From Octopus vulgaris (taxonomy: Eukaryota), in NCBI GenBank assembly GCA_951406725.2, contig OX597814.1:124806001-124870000 (forward strand): a DNA stretch of 64,000 nt, in the 5' to 3' direction. The position numbers were made by a program, and so were the translations under genes. Positions within the stretch are counted from its first letter, which is position 1; the number at the start of each line of letters is the position of its first letter. The notes beneath the pieces are model-generated. The model ran no database searches, was not told where the DNA came from, and worked only from the letters and a program-made list of their open reading frames with translations. Shown piece by piece: positions 13,021-26,036 of this stretch.

Positions 13021-13733
13021 ATATATATATATATATCTATCTTTATATATATAAAACTGAGAATGTGTGTGTGTGTGTGTGTGTCTGTCTGTCTGTCTGT
13101 CTGTGTGTTTCCCTAAAACTTGAGAATTGCACAACCAATTCCATTCAAATTTTACACATGCCTTACTTAGGGTCCATGTAGTTTCATGGGCAAAAAAAAA
13201 ATGTTCAACTTCTTGCCTAGAGCGAGCCCATAGCAATATCATATCTTCTCCACTATTTCAGTATTACGTGTTAAAAGTGAAACAAAAACGTTTCTCTATT
13301 TTATGTCAGATACTTTCATTTTAACAATAAAAATAATAATAACAATTGAATTATATGTAGTAAGTAATAATTGAAATCAAACTAAAGTAACATGACAAAA
13401 GTAAAAATAGCAATTGGTATAAAATTGCATCAATGATTTGAACTTGAATAAGTGGTTTCACATGAATGGGAATAAATTAAAAAATAAAATTAGTGTGCGG
13501 AAATGGAATAGTCCAGATGGATAATAAGAAATTAAATGAAAGAAAAGACTATTGTCTATAAAGTATACAATGTAGAGAAAAAAGAAGATTTGAACACATG
13601 TCTGAAATCTATGTGTGTTGTTATCTGTGACTAGACGGTGAAATTTTTTCTGTGTAAATTGATTTGATATCGCGCGAGGCGTTTGCCTCCACGTGTGGAA
13701 ACCTTCCGAAGAAGGTGAATTGACCCACTAGTC

Positions 13734-15135
13734 ATGGCGACTTACGCGGGGGTCACCGGGAAAAATAACAATTCGTCGATAATCATAAAGGAGGTTTTCT
13801 TTGAGAAAGAGAAACTCAAAGAATATGAAAAGCTCTTCAAAAGGGAGGGTGATAGCGTGAAGCTAATCCCCCCGCGAAAGCAAAAGAGGATAAAGAAAGC
13901 AAGACGGTGACATACAGAACCCAAGACAAAAATACGAAGAAACTGGCAAGAGTGGAGATAGACGAAATTGAAAAATGTCTGGGAGACATAATGGGGAAAA
14001 TAACCTACGTGAGTAGAGGCAAGAAATTTGGTACGGTGGAGGTGAGGTGTGCAACGGAAGAAATTGCGGCCTCACTGGCTACCACGTACTAAGAGCCGAA
14101 AAATTCACAATGTGGCCCTCATACAAGGGAAGAAGAGGGGTCCGGGTTAAAATCCCGAATATTCCCCCAGAAGTGAAAACAGAATGGCTGGCAACAGCTA
14201 TTCTAGGAGCAGCAGAAGAAGAAGTGGAGGTGGAATCAATTAAGGAGTCCAACGCGGTAAACTGGAGAGGATATGGGGTAGAATTGTGGTTGATGGCCAC
14301 AAAAGAGGATATTGAAAGGTTTCCCTACAGAATTGAAATTGAAGAGGAAAAAACGCTCAGCGTAATTGTAGAGGGGAGAAAACCAAACTGTTACTTGTGT
14401 GGGACAAGGGGGCACTTTAAAAAAGAGTGCCTGTTATATGAATTCGTAGCGGAGTGCGAGCAGGAACTTGAAGAAAAGAAGAATACTGTAAATGAGAAAG
14501 AAAACATAGAAAAGGAAACAAAACAACAAGAGAAAGGAAATAATAAGTCAATGAAGGAAAAAGAAATAAAAGAAAAGAAAGAAATAGAACCAAAACAGAG
14601 TCAGGAAAAAAAAAGGAAAAAGAAACAATAGGAAAAAAACAAGAGAGGGATCAGAATCAAACGAAAAGAAAAGACGGCACACAAAAGGAAAAAGAAAAAG
14701 GAACATAAAACACGAGAGAAAGAGAGAACAGACAAAGAACCAAAAAGACAAGAGAAGGAAGAAGAAAGGAAAGAAGGCAAAAAGAGAGAAAGAGAGAAAC
14801 AAAGAGAGGAGAACAAGGAAGAAATAAGCCCGAAAAGGAAAATGAAGGAAAACGTAGGACGGAAACAAGATTACTATTACTACAAGTTAATAACCTTCCA
14901 TTTCTGCCTTATAATGAAAGACTTGACAAGTGAAACGGAGGGACATATATGGGTCAACAGGATGACCGACCGGTGGCAGGAGACTGCTCTAATCCCCGAA
15001 GAAAGAGCCGCTGAGTTCCTCAGAGCTGCCGGAGAGAGTGTAATATTTTACACGAAGGTTCGAGTGAGAGAGCGGCTGCCTGAGGGCTCGGTGATAGACT
15101 TCAGAGAAGTGGAAACAATTATAGAGTATGTATAG
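13734..15135 (+). pseudogene. Tx1/L1-type ORF1 (RRM-like region, CCHC zinc knuckle, K/E-rich tract) with two frameshifts and one internal stop
   Basis: Starts MATYAGV; track ORFs 13907, 14047 and 14842 are pieces of it (the last two share a frame); EGRKPNCYLCGTRGHFKKEC is a Cx2Cx4Hx4C knuckle. Confidence 0.85.
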
Positions 15136-15375
15136 AATTGTGAGAGGAAAAAAAAAAAAAAAAAGAGAAAAAAGAAAATTTTGTGAAATATATGTGACGA
15201 AAATGTAACCTCTTGATTCCGGGGATCGAGTGGGCATTTACATCTCATTGTAAATATTCTTTCATATGTCATTTTTACTTTTATTTTTTTCCTTTTCTTG
15301 TCATTCGCTTTCTTATTCTAAGTTCCCCGATTGTATTGTCCATCTATGTTCGCCCCTTGTTGGTAGTAATAAAAT

Positions 15376-15700
15376 CACATGGAGGAAAGCACCTTCGAAA
15401 AGTGTCTTGGTGCGACTATGAAAGGTATCTAGTCAGAGGCGGTAAATTTGCCACAATAGAAGCAAGGTTCGAGTCAACGGAGCATGCAAGGGAGTACTCG
15501 ACTTGAACTTGCAAAGTGGAAATATTTTATTTTTACCTTTATATCTGGGATGTAGGACGTCCCAGAAAAAAATTTAAAATGCCTCCCCCCCACCACCAGA
15601 AGTAGAGGTAGGCTGGATTGTAGCCACACTTCTATACAAGAGGGAGGACAAGATACAATTGATCGAAATTACAAGAGACGGGCTAACAATCAATTCCAGT
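15376..15700 (+). pseudogene. Fragment of a second, divergent Tx1/L1 ORF1
   Basis: FEKCLG..M..YLVRGGKFATIEARF...FLPLYLGCR...PPEVEVGWIVATLL aligns by eye to IEKCLGDIMGKITYVSRGKKFGTVEVRC...WPSYKGRR...PPEVKTEWLATAIL in the upstream ORF1. Confidence 0.75.
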
Positions 15701-16279
15701 CTGTTATATATTTTGAGTATTGTTATCACTAGCGATATCAAGATATAACTTTGTATTTTGTTTTTTATGTGTAGATGTATATATATATAGATGTACATGT
15801 AATATGTACACATATATATATACATATATACATGCACTAGAACTATGACCCGGCAACAACAGATCTTTAATGCTAGTATATATATATATATACACACTTT
15901 ACTTCACACAAGGACATATATGGAGACATGTGTCCACACATATGGAGATGCACATCCATACATACAAACACGATACATAGTTGCAAAACACACACATACA
16001 CACACACTCAAAAGACATGAACACACAAGAAGACAAGTGCATACATATATAAACACATGCACACACACACACATACATAAAAAACACACAAACAAGGACA
16101 CGCAAGCTCATTAATATGCAGAATGCATACATACAGATGCACACACATACATACATATATACATATGCATACACACACATATATACATACACACACATGC
16201 ATACATATATACATACATCATACATGCGTACATGCATCGACACACACACACACACTCACTGACCCACACACATGCGCAC

Positions 16280-16511
16280 AAACAAACAAAAAGGAATGCA
16301 GTGTAAATAACGGACAGAGTCAAGACTATTGAAAAGGTTGCAAGACGCAACAAAAATTTCAGGGAAATAAAGATAAGAAAAAAGTAGAAATTTTACCGGT
16401 GAGTGTGTTAAATAATAAGGCACAAAAAGAAAATGACTCTCCCTAGACACAACAGAATATGCTTCAACACATGAACTCACATAAAGAATCTTGCAAACCA
16501 AATCCAAAAAC

Positions 16512-16512
<1 letters not shown>
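16280..16512. mobile_element. Dispersed repeat, probably a Penelope pseudo-LTR remnant (related pieces at 11365-11520 and 47090-47145)
   Basis: Three related copies next to (TA)n; hairpin GTTGC-AAGAC-GCAAC in a hammerhead-like TTGAAAA...AAAA context. Confidence 0.45.
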
Positions 16513-16552
<40 letters not shown>

Positions 16553-16958
16553 GTGCACATATACATATATGTAACAAAGCAGGAAGCTGGAAGATTTTTT
16601 TGGTATTATCATCATCATCATCATCATCATCGTTTAACGTCCGCTTTCCATGCTAGCATGGGTTTCACCATTACATATGTCTCATTTTTTTAATATAATA
16701 ACTCTGCAAACAATATTTCCAGAATTGATATGTACCTTACATCAATTCAACAATGGAACAAATAAAAACAGGATTGTAATACTGGAATAAGTAGAGTGCT
16801 TCAAGAGGACACAACTTAGATTTTACCCTACTTACATCGTATGTATGTCTGTATATATCTATGTATATATATAAATATACACGAACACACACACATATAT
16901 ATATACACAAACATATATATATATATATATACACTTTATTTAAAGCAGCAGAAAATTC

Positions 16959-17014
<56 letters not shown>

Positions 17015-17036
17015 AAGGAAAGAAAAATACACAAAC

Positions 17037-17136
17037 CTTTAATTTGAAATTCACGTTTCCTTTTTACTTCTTCAAGTAGTTTTTTCTCTTGCTCTATATC
17101 TTTTGTAAAATTCCTCTGAATTTTGATAATTCCTGT
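17037..17136 (-). CDS. Candidate internal exon (100 bp, phase 0 to 1) of an unidentified host gene, charged coiled-coil-like
   Basis: Acceptor TTTTCCACTTTCTATTGCAG, donor AAG|GTTTGT; open frame TGIIKIQRNFTKDIEQEKKLLEEVKRKREFQIK. Confidence 0.6.
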
Positions 17137-17229
17137 CTGCAATAGAAAGTGGAAAATTAACTATGAAATGGAACTTGGTATCTCTGAAGAAGTCGCTTGA
17201 TCTCCTAGAAATCACATCTAACTGACTTG

Positions 17230-17693
17230 GAAATGGAGTGACATATTTAGAACGCCTTACATCCCTGGGCATGGATACATTGAAACTCCGACGTTTGGCA
17301 GCTGACTTGGCAGACACCCATAAAATTATTAATCATCTTACTAACAATAAACTCTGAACACCTTTTCAAACTCCACCTGTCTAACACCCGTGGACATGTT
17401 TACAAAGTCAGAAAACAGCACAGCTCCCATGACTTTTGGAAACATCTTTTCACGCTAAGAGTTGCTGAAGTATGGAACAAACTACTGGCATCAGTTGTTA
17501 GTTGTCGGAGCACTGCATCCTTCAAAAGTTCCATGCTTCCTGAGATTCGCCAACACTACACCTCCATACACATGCAAGCATGTATCTGACTCATACACTG
17601 TTCACTTCCCAGATGTTTGTACATTATCTCATATGCTTTATACACACTTTTGACAAGTTGTGGTGCACCTGAGCACTGTATACAATAATTTCA
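17230..17693 (+). mobile_element. CR1-type LINE 3' fragment
   Basis: ERLTSLGMDTLKLRRLAADL..THKII...LF.....TRGH.YKV.K.......KHLFTLRV.EVWNKL..SVV...S..SFK is a CR1 ORF2 C-terminus, followed by 3' UTR. Confidence 0.85.
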
Positions 17694-17989
17694 CTGCCAG
17701 ATCTGACTGGCCTGGTGCAGCCTTCGGGCTTCCCAGACCCCAGTTGAACCGTCCAACCCATACTAGCATGGAAAGCGGACGTTAAACGATGATGATGATG
17801 ATGATATGATATTATATTATATTATATTATATTATATTATATCATATTATATTATATTATATCATATTAATATTAAGTTCTGATAAAGGACAGAAGGGCC
17901 ATGGCTTAAATGCCATTGATCATATGTATGTATATAAAGGTATGTAGCATATTGGTTAGAGTATTTGACTCATGATCATAAGGTCATTT

Positions 17990-18418
17990 ACTATTTTACT
18001 CTTTTACTTGTTTCAGTCATTTGACTGTTGCCATGCTGGAACACTGCCTTTAGTCGAGCAAATTGACCCCAGGACTTATTCTTTGGAAGCCAATTACTTA
18101 TTCTATTGCCCTCTTTTGCCGAACCGCTAAGTTACAGGGACATAAGCACACCAGTATCGGTTGTGAAGCGATGTGGGGGGGGGGGGGGGACAAACAAAGA
18201 CGCACAAATATATACACACTCACATACATATATATATATATATAATATACATATATACGACGGGCTTCTTTCAGTTTCCTTCTACCAAATCCACTCACAA
18301 GGCTTTGGTCAGCCTGAGGCTATAGTAGAAGACACTTTCCCAAGGTGCCACACAGTGGGACTGAACCTGGAACCATGTGGTTTGTAAGCTACTTACCACA
18401 CAGCCACTCCTATGCCTA
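17990..18418 (-). mobile_element. Full-length CORE-type tRNA SINE with internal (TA)n/(TG)n
   Basis: Head GGAGTGGCTGTGTGGTAAG..GGTTCAGTCCC and CORE-like ACCTTGGG(C/A)AAGTG; matches copies at 25388, 42040, 45045, 46485, 49250 and 58010. Confidence 0.88.
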
Positions 18419-18870
18419 GTGGTACATTGTATTCTTGAGCAAGACCCTTTATTTTATGTTGCTCCAGTTCACTCAGCTGGTGAAAGCGAGTTCTACTAGT
18501 GATTCAAAATGGCCAGCTTTGTAACATTCTGTGTCAAGCTGAATTTCCCTGGGAACTACATTAAGTGTATTTGTATCTGAGGAATACTCAACCACTTGCA
18601 TTTTAATTTCACAAGCAGGCTATTCCATTGATTGGATCAGCTGGAACCCTCATCACTGTAACTGATAGCATGCAGTTGATGTGCCTGTATGATCAAGGCC
18701 AACCCAGGGTTAAAATATAACAACATATATTTCAGCAAATAAAATCAACTGATTTCGTTTTAAATTTATTTTGACCAACTGTAAAATCCCAGCACCACCA
18801 CCACCACCACAATCACCACTACCAAAACAACTCTCATTTTTACTACCTTTATCAACACAGCTATGATCAC

Positions 18871-19115
18871 CAGTGGTGGACTGGGCCTAAAAATATTGGT
18901 TGCCAGGAGACTAAAGCGACCCACCTGCATTTACAATTAATTATTTCAGCCAGGCTGAAATAATTAATGCATTCTTCCAAGAGTGAATAAAAAAATTCAC
19001 AAACTTGATGGGATGGGCCCCTTAGATACTAACATGGGCTCCCATATATGGATTCTAATGGCACAGGGGCCCACTTGCTATCGGGCAAGCTGGCAACCTG
19101 GCCAGTCTGCCACTG
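18871..19115. mobile_element. hAT-type MITE
   Basis: TIRs CAGTGGTGGACTGG and CCAGTCTGCCACTG; degenerate 8-bp TSD ATGATCAC/ATCATCAT. Confidence 0.75.
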
Positions 19116-19914
19116 ATCATCATTACCACCCCCACCACCATTACTACAAGTACCACTACCAATAGTACTAACACCACTGCTGCTAGTACCATCACTGCTA
19201 CCACTATTACCATCAACATCTATTTTCCTACCAACGCAATCATATAAAATCATCACCATTATTACGAACACAACTGCAACCTGTACTACTATTACTACAA
19301 CTATCACCTAAACTACAACATGATAACAACCACCATTATCACAACCAACATCACTACTGTACTGCAAGGTTTTTCCTTATGATGAAATGGTTGCAGTAAA
19401 AGGCAACTCATTACTTGTTAAAAAGGTCAATTATATCAGATATATGCCCTGGCACTTGCCACTATCTATATCTCTCTCTCTTCCTTTATGCAACCATTTC
19501 ATTTATACTACTTAGTGCTTTCAATCCATATTTTATTTATGGTGAGCTGCTGGCTAGTGCAACCAGTAATTGTACTATGATTAAGAATACATTAAGAGTG
19601 ACTTGTCTCTCTTGTCATTTCACAACATTCTGATTTCTGGTGCGGAAGAGGAGATAACCACTCCAAAATGCATGCATCCATAGTCTGGTTAGGGACACTG
19701 CAAGCTGGCTATAGCAAAAAAAATTTTAGGTGACAAAATACAGTAAATGGTTTTCTTATGGGCTTGAATATACCACAAGCATATTTGAACTGCTTACTAC
19801 TTTCATACAATATTATATCAGATATGGTATGTTCTGAGAGCCTCTGCATGGTCACTAGATACACTAGACACAGCAGTCAAATAATCCTTAAATGACACTT
19901 TGTTCATAACAGAA

Positions 19915-20380
19915 GGTCTCTTCATCAGAATGAAAGGCATATTATATGATGCCTGTGTACAGATATATTATGCTACATATTATTGAATCATGGACTGTGA
20001 ATGCAGAGGATATGTGAAGGCTTGGAAGAAATGAAGCCTGCATGCTCCCTTAGATGTTCAATGTCTGTGTGCATGTGCAACAAAGTGTAAATGTTTCAAT
20101 AGAAAAAATGGCCATAAGATGCATCAGATGTAGTGTGCAAGAGAGAAGAATGCACTGATATGGTCAAGTGATGTATATGGATGACGACAGCTGTACAAAG
20201 AAGTGCTGATCTTTAAATTTGGAAGAAACTTTAAATTTTGAGGGAGACCTAGGAAGATGTGGGACAAAATAGTGAAAGATAATCTTCAGATGTTGTTCCT
20301 CACGGAGGTGATAACAAAATATTGAGATAATTGACAATTTGCTGTACTTGAAAAGATACGTCCAGTTAAGTATAATTGAG
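19915..20380 (+). mobile_element. Old degenerate RTE ORF2 C-terminal fragment
   Basis: MKGILYDACV, NEA.ML..M.NV and G.V.YMDDDSC.KKC remnants are colinear with the RTE ORF at 43040. Confidence 0.75.
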
Positions 20381-20764
20381 GGCATAAAAAGCATGTTCTT
20401 TATGTCCCTCCAAACCCTTGCACATATTCTATCCAAGACAAACCTCTTCCCCATATACCATCTTGCCAACACATTCCTGCTTCCACCCATGTTCTCCACT
20501 CTCTGTATCCCACTTCCTTCTATCTTCCGCTCTCCCTCAGGAACTTACCTTTACACAATATGTCCCTGTCAAATCTTTTTCTCCACTACATAATCCCCTA
20601 ACACACCCTCTCCTTACCTGTGTCCACACACTACATTCCCCTCCCCTATCCTCTATCATACACTCTCCTTTCACAATCTTACAAACTTACCTACCCATTC
20701 TACTCAAACCCTGGTTCACTTCACTATGTGCACTCCCCCATAAATTCATCACAGCTTCACCATC

Positions 20765-21290
20765 TTATTTCTTTACTACCCACAAGGGGCTACACATAGA
20801 AACGACAAACAAGGACAGACAAACGGATTAAGTCGATTATATCAACTCCAGTGCATAACTGGTACTTATTTTATCAAGCCCGAATGGATGAAAGGCAAAG
20901 TCAACCTTGGCAGAATTTGAACTCAGAATGTAGTGGCAGACGAAATACCTATTTCTATTTCTTTACTACCAACAAGGGGCTAAACACAGAGGGAACAAAC
21001 AAGGACAGACAAACAGATTAAGTCGATTACATCGACCCCAGTGCGTAACTGGTACACACAGAGCTGCACTCGGTAGTGCAGTGAAAGCACGTTATGAGGG
21101 AACAAACAAGGACAGACAAACAGATTAAGTCGATTACATCGACCCCAGTGCGTAACTGGTACTTATTTAATCGACCCTGAAAGGATGAAAGGCAAAGTTG
21201 ACCTCGGTGGAATTTGAACTCAGAGCGTAGTGGCAGATGAAATACTGCTAAGCATTTCATCCGGTGCGCTAACGTTTCTGCTAGCTTGCT
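20765..21290 (-). mobile_element. Multimeric Nin/Deu-type SINE variant (one head plus tandem body-tail units)
   Basis: Unit from GTATTTCGTC to CCCCTTGTGGGTAGTAAAGAAATAG is repeated; same organisation at 40899-41310. Confidence 0.85.
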
Positions 21291-24200
21291 GTTTCTGTTG
21301 CTCACAACTTCACCATCTTGTCCCACCTCTCTTTCTGTCCCCCTCCACTCACTCTCTCTCTATCCCTCTCTACTCACTCTCTCTTTCCTCTCTCTCTCTC
21401 TCTCTCTTCTCTCCAACTGAGGTAGCCTTGTATCTCCTCTCCTGCATGACACCAGTTTCTGTTCATACTCTGGCCTCTCATAACCTGGCACAAAACCACC
21501 TCCCTCAGTGCTTCTCCCCACCATTAATTGAAAAGCTTTGTCCTGCAAGTTACTTGGTCACCTCACTGTGGCTGGTGCCACATGCACATCTCTCAGTCCA
21601 CTCTGCAAAATGGTTGCTGTTAAGAAGAGCATCCGACAGTAGAAACCCTGCCAAAGCAGAAAGTGCAGCTTGGTACACCCATCAAACCGTCTTGGAGCAC
21701 CCCATCTTGGTGCACCCATCAAATCATCCAACCCATGTCAGTGTGGAAAACGGGTGTTAAATTTCGATGATGATGATGAGGAGGATGATAGTCTACCATT
21801 TTAAATGAAAAGAACACATCGAGTCAAATATTTCTTGATAAACTATGTTTAACAGTAAGGTAAGATTATTGGACTGACCCACAGGGCTAAAATACAGCAA
21901 TAATGTAGATTAGGTGGATTTGCCCATTGACAAATACATATAATGGCTATAAAAACATGTAGCAGCTGCAACAGAAGATGAACCATGAACCATTAACCAT
22001 TCTGTTGACTCTGGTTCCTTGTCAACTTGGCCATCTGTTTTCTCATTTTAAGCAAAAAATATGTGTTTGTTTTTCTAAGATCTTACAGGAAATTCACCAA
22101 CCTCTTGCACAATGTACCAAAGTTTGCTATAGTTTGAATAACATTTTTTATGTTTATTGAAGAATGAACTCCAATTATTCTGAGGATCCTACAAAATCTT
22201 CGGCACAATGTAGTTTTGACACCATTCTAATAAATCTATTTTATTGAAGGAGAACAGCAAAATGAAAAACCAGAAATATCAATAGTAGTCATCTCGTGCT
22301 TGTGTAGAATATAGTTAAGTGTCCAAGCTGTTCTAAGTGCATCAGTTTGCTTTTAACTGTTAATCACTGCTGTGTTGGAAGAATGTAAACTACAGAAAAT
22401 ATTTAAATATTTCTTCAACGCATAAACATTTTATAGTAAGATACAGCGACTGGGAAGTTTTCCTAAATGTTAGTCTTTCTGGTTTTCCTCCACCAGAAAT
22501 GGCCAGCCTCTCGCTTTAATGGCATACATAACTGATTTGTATTTTTGTAAATGTCTACATTAGACTATTATTAAAATTGACATTTTTTGAATACATTAGA
22601 ACCTCCCAGGAGGACAATTTCATTGTTTCCTATTCTCAATCACAATCTACACATCTCCTTTGCAATTTCTATTGCATAACTAGAAAAAATCATGCAAGAA
22701 ATTTCATTAGTAATGAGATGTTGTGAAATCCACACCGCTGAAATGTTATAATCACAATAGATTGATTTGGAGCTGTGCAAATTTTCGTCTTTTCTATTTT
22801 TTTTCTCTCTTCAGATTAAATTAATTTTTATCACAAAAGAGAAATTGAACAAATAAAATAGATTCTTTACAAAATCTTTCCTTCACATGTTGTTGTTATT
22901 TTTTGTCTCCCACCCTTCCCTCCCCTTCTCTCTAACCGTATCTCTTTCTCTCTCTCTCACTGCGTTTCCCTCTCTCTCTCTCTCCCTCACTGCATCACTT
23001 ACTCTCTCTCTCTCACTGCATCTCTTTCACTCTCCCTCTCTCCCTCTCTCCCGTCTCTTCCTCCCCCTCTCTCCATGTTTCTCAGATACAGGAAATAAAT
23101 ATGATGTGATAGTTATTAAAATATTGATTTTTTTTCCATCAGCACAAAACTTCTGATTTGTGAAGGTGAAAAGTAAGATTATGTGATATTCATGCCTTTC
23201 TTTTGAAATAAATAATGAGGATGCATATTTCATTGCAACCCTGGGTCTTACAGAGACCATTGATAATCTTGTTTCTCTGAATTATATCTAATATAACTAT
23301 GCACAGTGGAGCACTTCTGCTTCAAAGATATAATTCCAAGAAGAATTGAACTTGGTATTCTTTCACAACCCTATAGTTCCATATACCCCCCTGCTCATCC
23401 TCCTTCTCATGATGATGATGATGATGATATGATGATGCTGATGATGATGATGATCATCATCAGCATCATCATCATCATCATCATCACCATCATTTAATAC
23501 CTATGTTCCATGCTGGTTTGGGTTGGACGGTGGCACGTGAGAAAACATTCAAGCAAGGTCATTGCCAGTGCTGCTGGACTGGCTCCTGTGTAGGTGGCAT
23601 GTAAAAAACACCATTTGAGCTTGGCCATTGCCAGTACCGCTTGACTGGCCCTGATGCTGGTGGCACATAAAAGCACCCACTACACTCTCGGAGTGGTCGG
23701 CGTTAGGAAAGGCATCCAGCTGTAGAAACTCTGCCAGATCAAGATTGGAGCCTGGTGCAGCCATTTGGTTCACCAGTCCTCAGTCAAATCGTCCACCCCA
23801 TGCTAGCATGGAAAGCAGATGTTAAACGATGATGATGATGATGATGATGATGATCAGCCCCAAAAATGGCCTCATACTTCAGTGCCTGCTTTGGCATGTT
23901 TCCTTTGACTGGATGTTCTTCCTAACACCAGACTTTGGATCTGGAAATGTAAGCATATGGTCAAATTTCTTTTGGTAACTGGAGGACACCACTCTCTCCA
24001 GATTGGGCAACTATCTCAAAGACTCTGGACCCCTCATTGTTGAATTATTTTACTACAACTAGTTAAATTATGGCTTCTAGTGTCAAAGGGGACATAACTC
24101 TAATTTTCTTTTCTTTTTCTATTTTTTTTCACCTTCTCACTTTTTGAATTAATCTTTTTTGTTTTCCATGTTCTTTTATTTCTCATAGTTTCTGATGTAT

Positions 24201-24491
24201 CAGCATCTTGATTATTTTCAATTAGAACAGACCATGTGCTGAGAGCCAGAAGGTTGCTTGGAGATACAAGGCATGGTATAAAGCCTACCTAGCCACATGT
24301 CTTCACAGTAATGAACTATTAGTAGGTCTTATCTTTACCCTGTGCACATTGAATAACATTTATCTCTCATTGGATGGAGTGCTTTTTTTTCTTGATCTTA
24401 CCATAGCAGAACAGTAAACTGTATATATACATAGACATGTAAATATACATACATACAGACAAACAGACAGATGCATGCACACACACACACA

Positions 24492-24539
<48 letters not shown>

Positions 24540-24542
<3 letters not shown>

Positions 24543-24624
24543 GAAAATAGTAAAAAGTGAAAAAACTACAGAAGGCTTTTAAAACAAGCCTTCTGTAGTT
24601 TTTTCACTTTTTACTATTTTCTAT
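24540..24624. repeat. Perfect 39-bp inverted repeat with 7-bp spacer
   Basis: ATAGAAAATAGTAAAAAGTGAAAAAACTACAGAAGGCTT (24540-24578) and its exact reverse complement (24586-24624). Confidence 0.95.
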
Positions 24625-24680
24625 ATATTCAACCACGTGCTTTCACAAACCAACTTTCTTATCTATATATATACATATAC

Positions 24681-24816
<136 letters not shown>

Positions 24817-25387
24817 AATCTGGGAATGAAGAGTTAACAGTAGTCGACAGCAATTGCAGATATAACGATGTGTTTCAAAAATCTATTGTTGACATTGCTT
24901 TCTTACGGTCAGAAACATTTCCTTATGGCTTCAGTGAACCTTAATGGTTCCTGACAATCAGGAATCTACCACAGTGAAAGACTTAAAGACATAACAAATG
25001 TCATATCTTGTCAAATCTAGATGTGCTACAGTAAATAAATCGGAGAAGTATACCTTCAGCAGAATAATAAAATGATAATAACTTCTAGGTGATGGAGGAG
25101 GAGGAAGTGGTGGTCATGCACTGCAAAAGTGTGTAGCTGCGTCCACAATTTGTTGGTGATTTGCTGGTGGATAATACCTTTGCACCACACAGGCCACTGT
25201 CCTCTGCCTTCATGGGTCTGTTTCATTGTCATTGCTGGTGAGGGTTTTATGAAGTCAGGGGGCGAATCTTACTTCAACCTATTTTATGTCCCCTTTTTTC
25301 AATGGAGGAAACATTGGGTCTATTCTTTGATGTGCTGGTCAGCACAAAGAACTAGAGCAATGTGTAATGAATTGTTTTGTTCAAGAA

Positions 25388-25557
25388 CAGGCGCAGGAGT
25401 AGCTGTGTGGTAAGTAGCTTGCTTACCAACCACATGGTCCCAGGTTCAGTCCCACTGTGTGGCACCTTAGGTAAGTGTCTTCTACTATAGCCTTGGGCCA
25501 ACCAAAGCCTTGTGAGTGGATTTGGTAGATGGAAACTGAAAGAAGCCTGTCATATAT

Positions 25558-25597
<40 letters not shown>

Positions 25598-25900
25598 ATA
25601 AATATTAGGGAATAAATCCCTAATTTAATATAATATATATAATATATATATATATATATGTGTGTGTGTATGTGTGAGTATATGTTTGTGTGTCTGTGTT
25701 TGTCCCCCCAACATTGCTTGACAACCGATGCTGGTGTATTTACGTCCCTGTAACTTAGCGGTTCAGCAAAAAATACCAATAGAATAAGTACTAGGCATAC
25801 AAAGAATAAGTCCTGGGGTCGATTTGCTCGACTAAAGGCGGTGCTCCAGCATGGCAGCAGTCAAATGACTGAAACAGGTAAAAGAGTAAAGAGTAAAGAG
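25388..25900 (+). mobile_element. Full-length CORE-type tRNA SINE
   Basis: Same family as 17990-18418; ends in GTAAAGA-type repeats. Confidence 0.9.
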
Positions 25901-26036
25901 AGTAACATATCATGATACCTGGTTCAAGATTTGAGCCTTTGATCTGGCAATTGTGAATACAACACCTTAACCACTTGGCCACACGTCTTCACATATGAAT
26001 AATCTGTTAAACTAATGTTTGGTGTGGTAAATAATG

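Larger units (their letters stand above)
13036..15876 (+). mobile_element. Non-autonomous Helitron enclosing Tx1/L1 ORF1 sequences
   Basis: 5' A|TC..TATATATATAAAA followed by (GT)n(CTGT)n, as in microsatellite-bearing Helitrons; 3' degenerate hairpin GACCCGGCAACAACAGATC then CTAG|T at 15873-15877; (TA)n on both flanks, no TSD seen. Confidence 0.6.
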
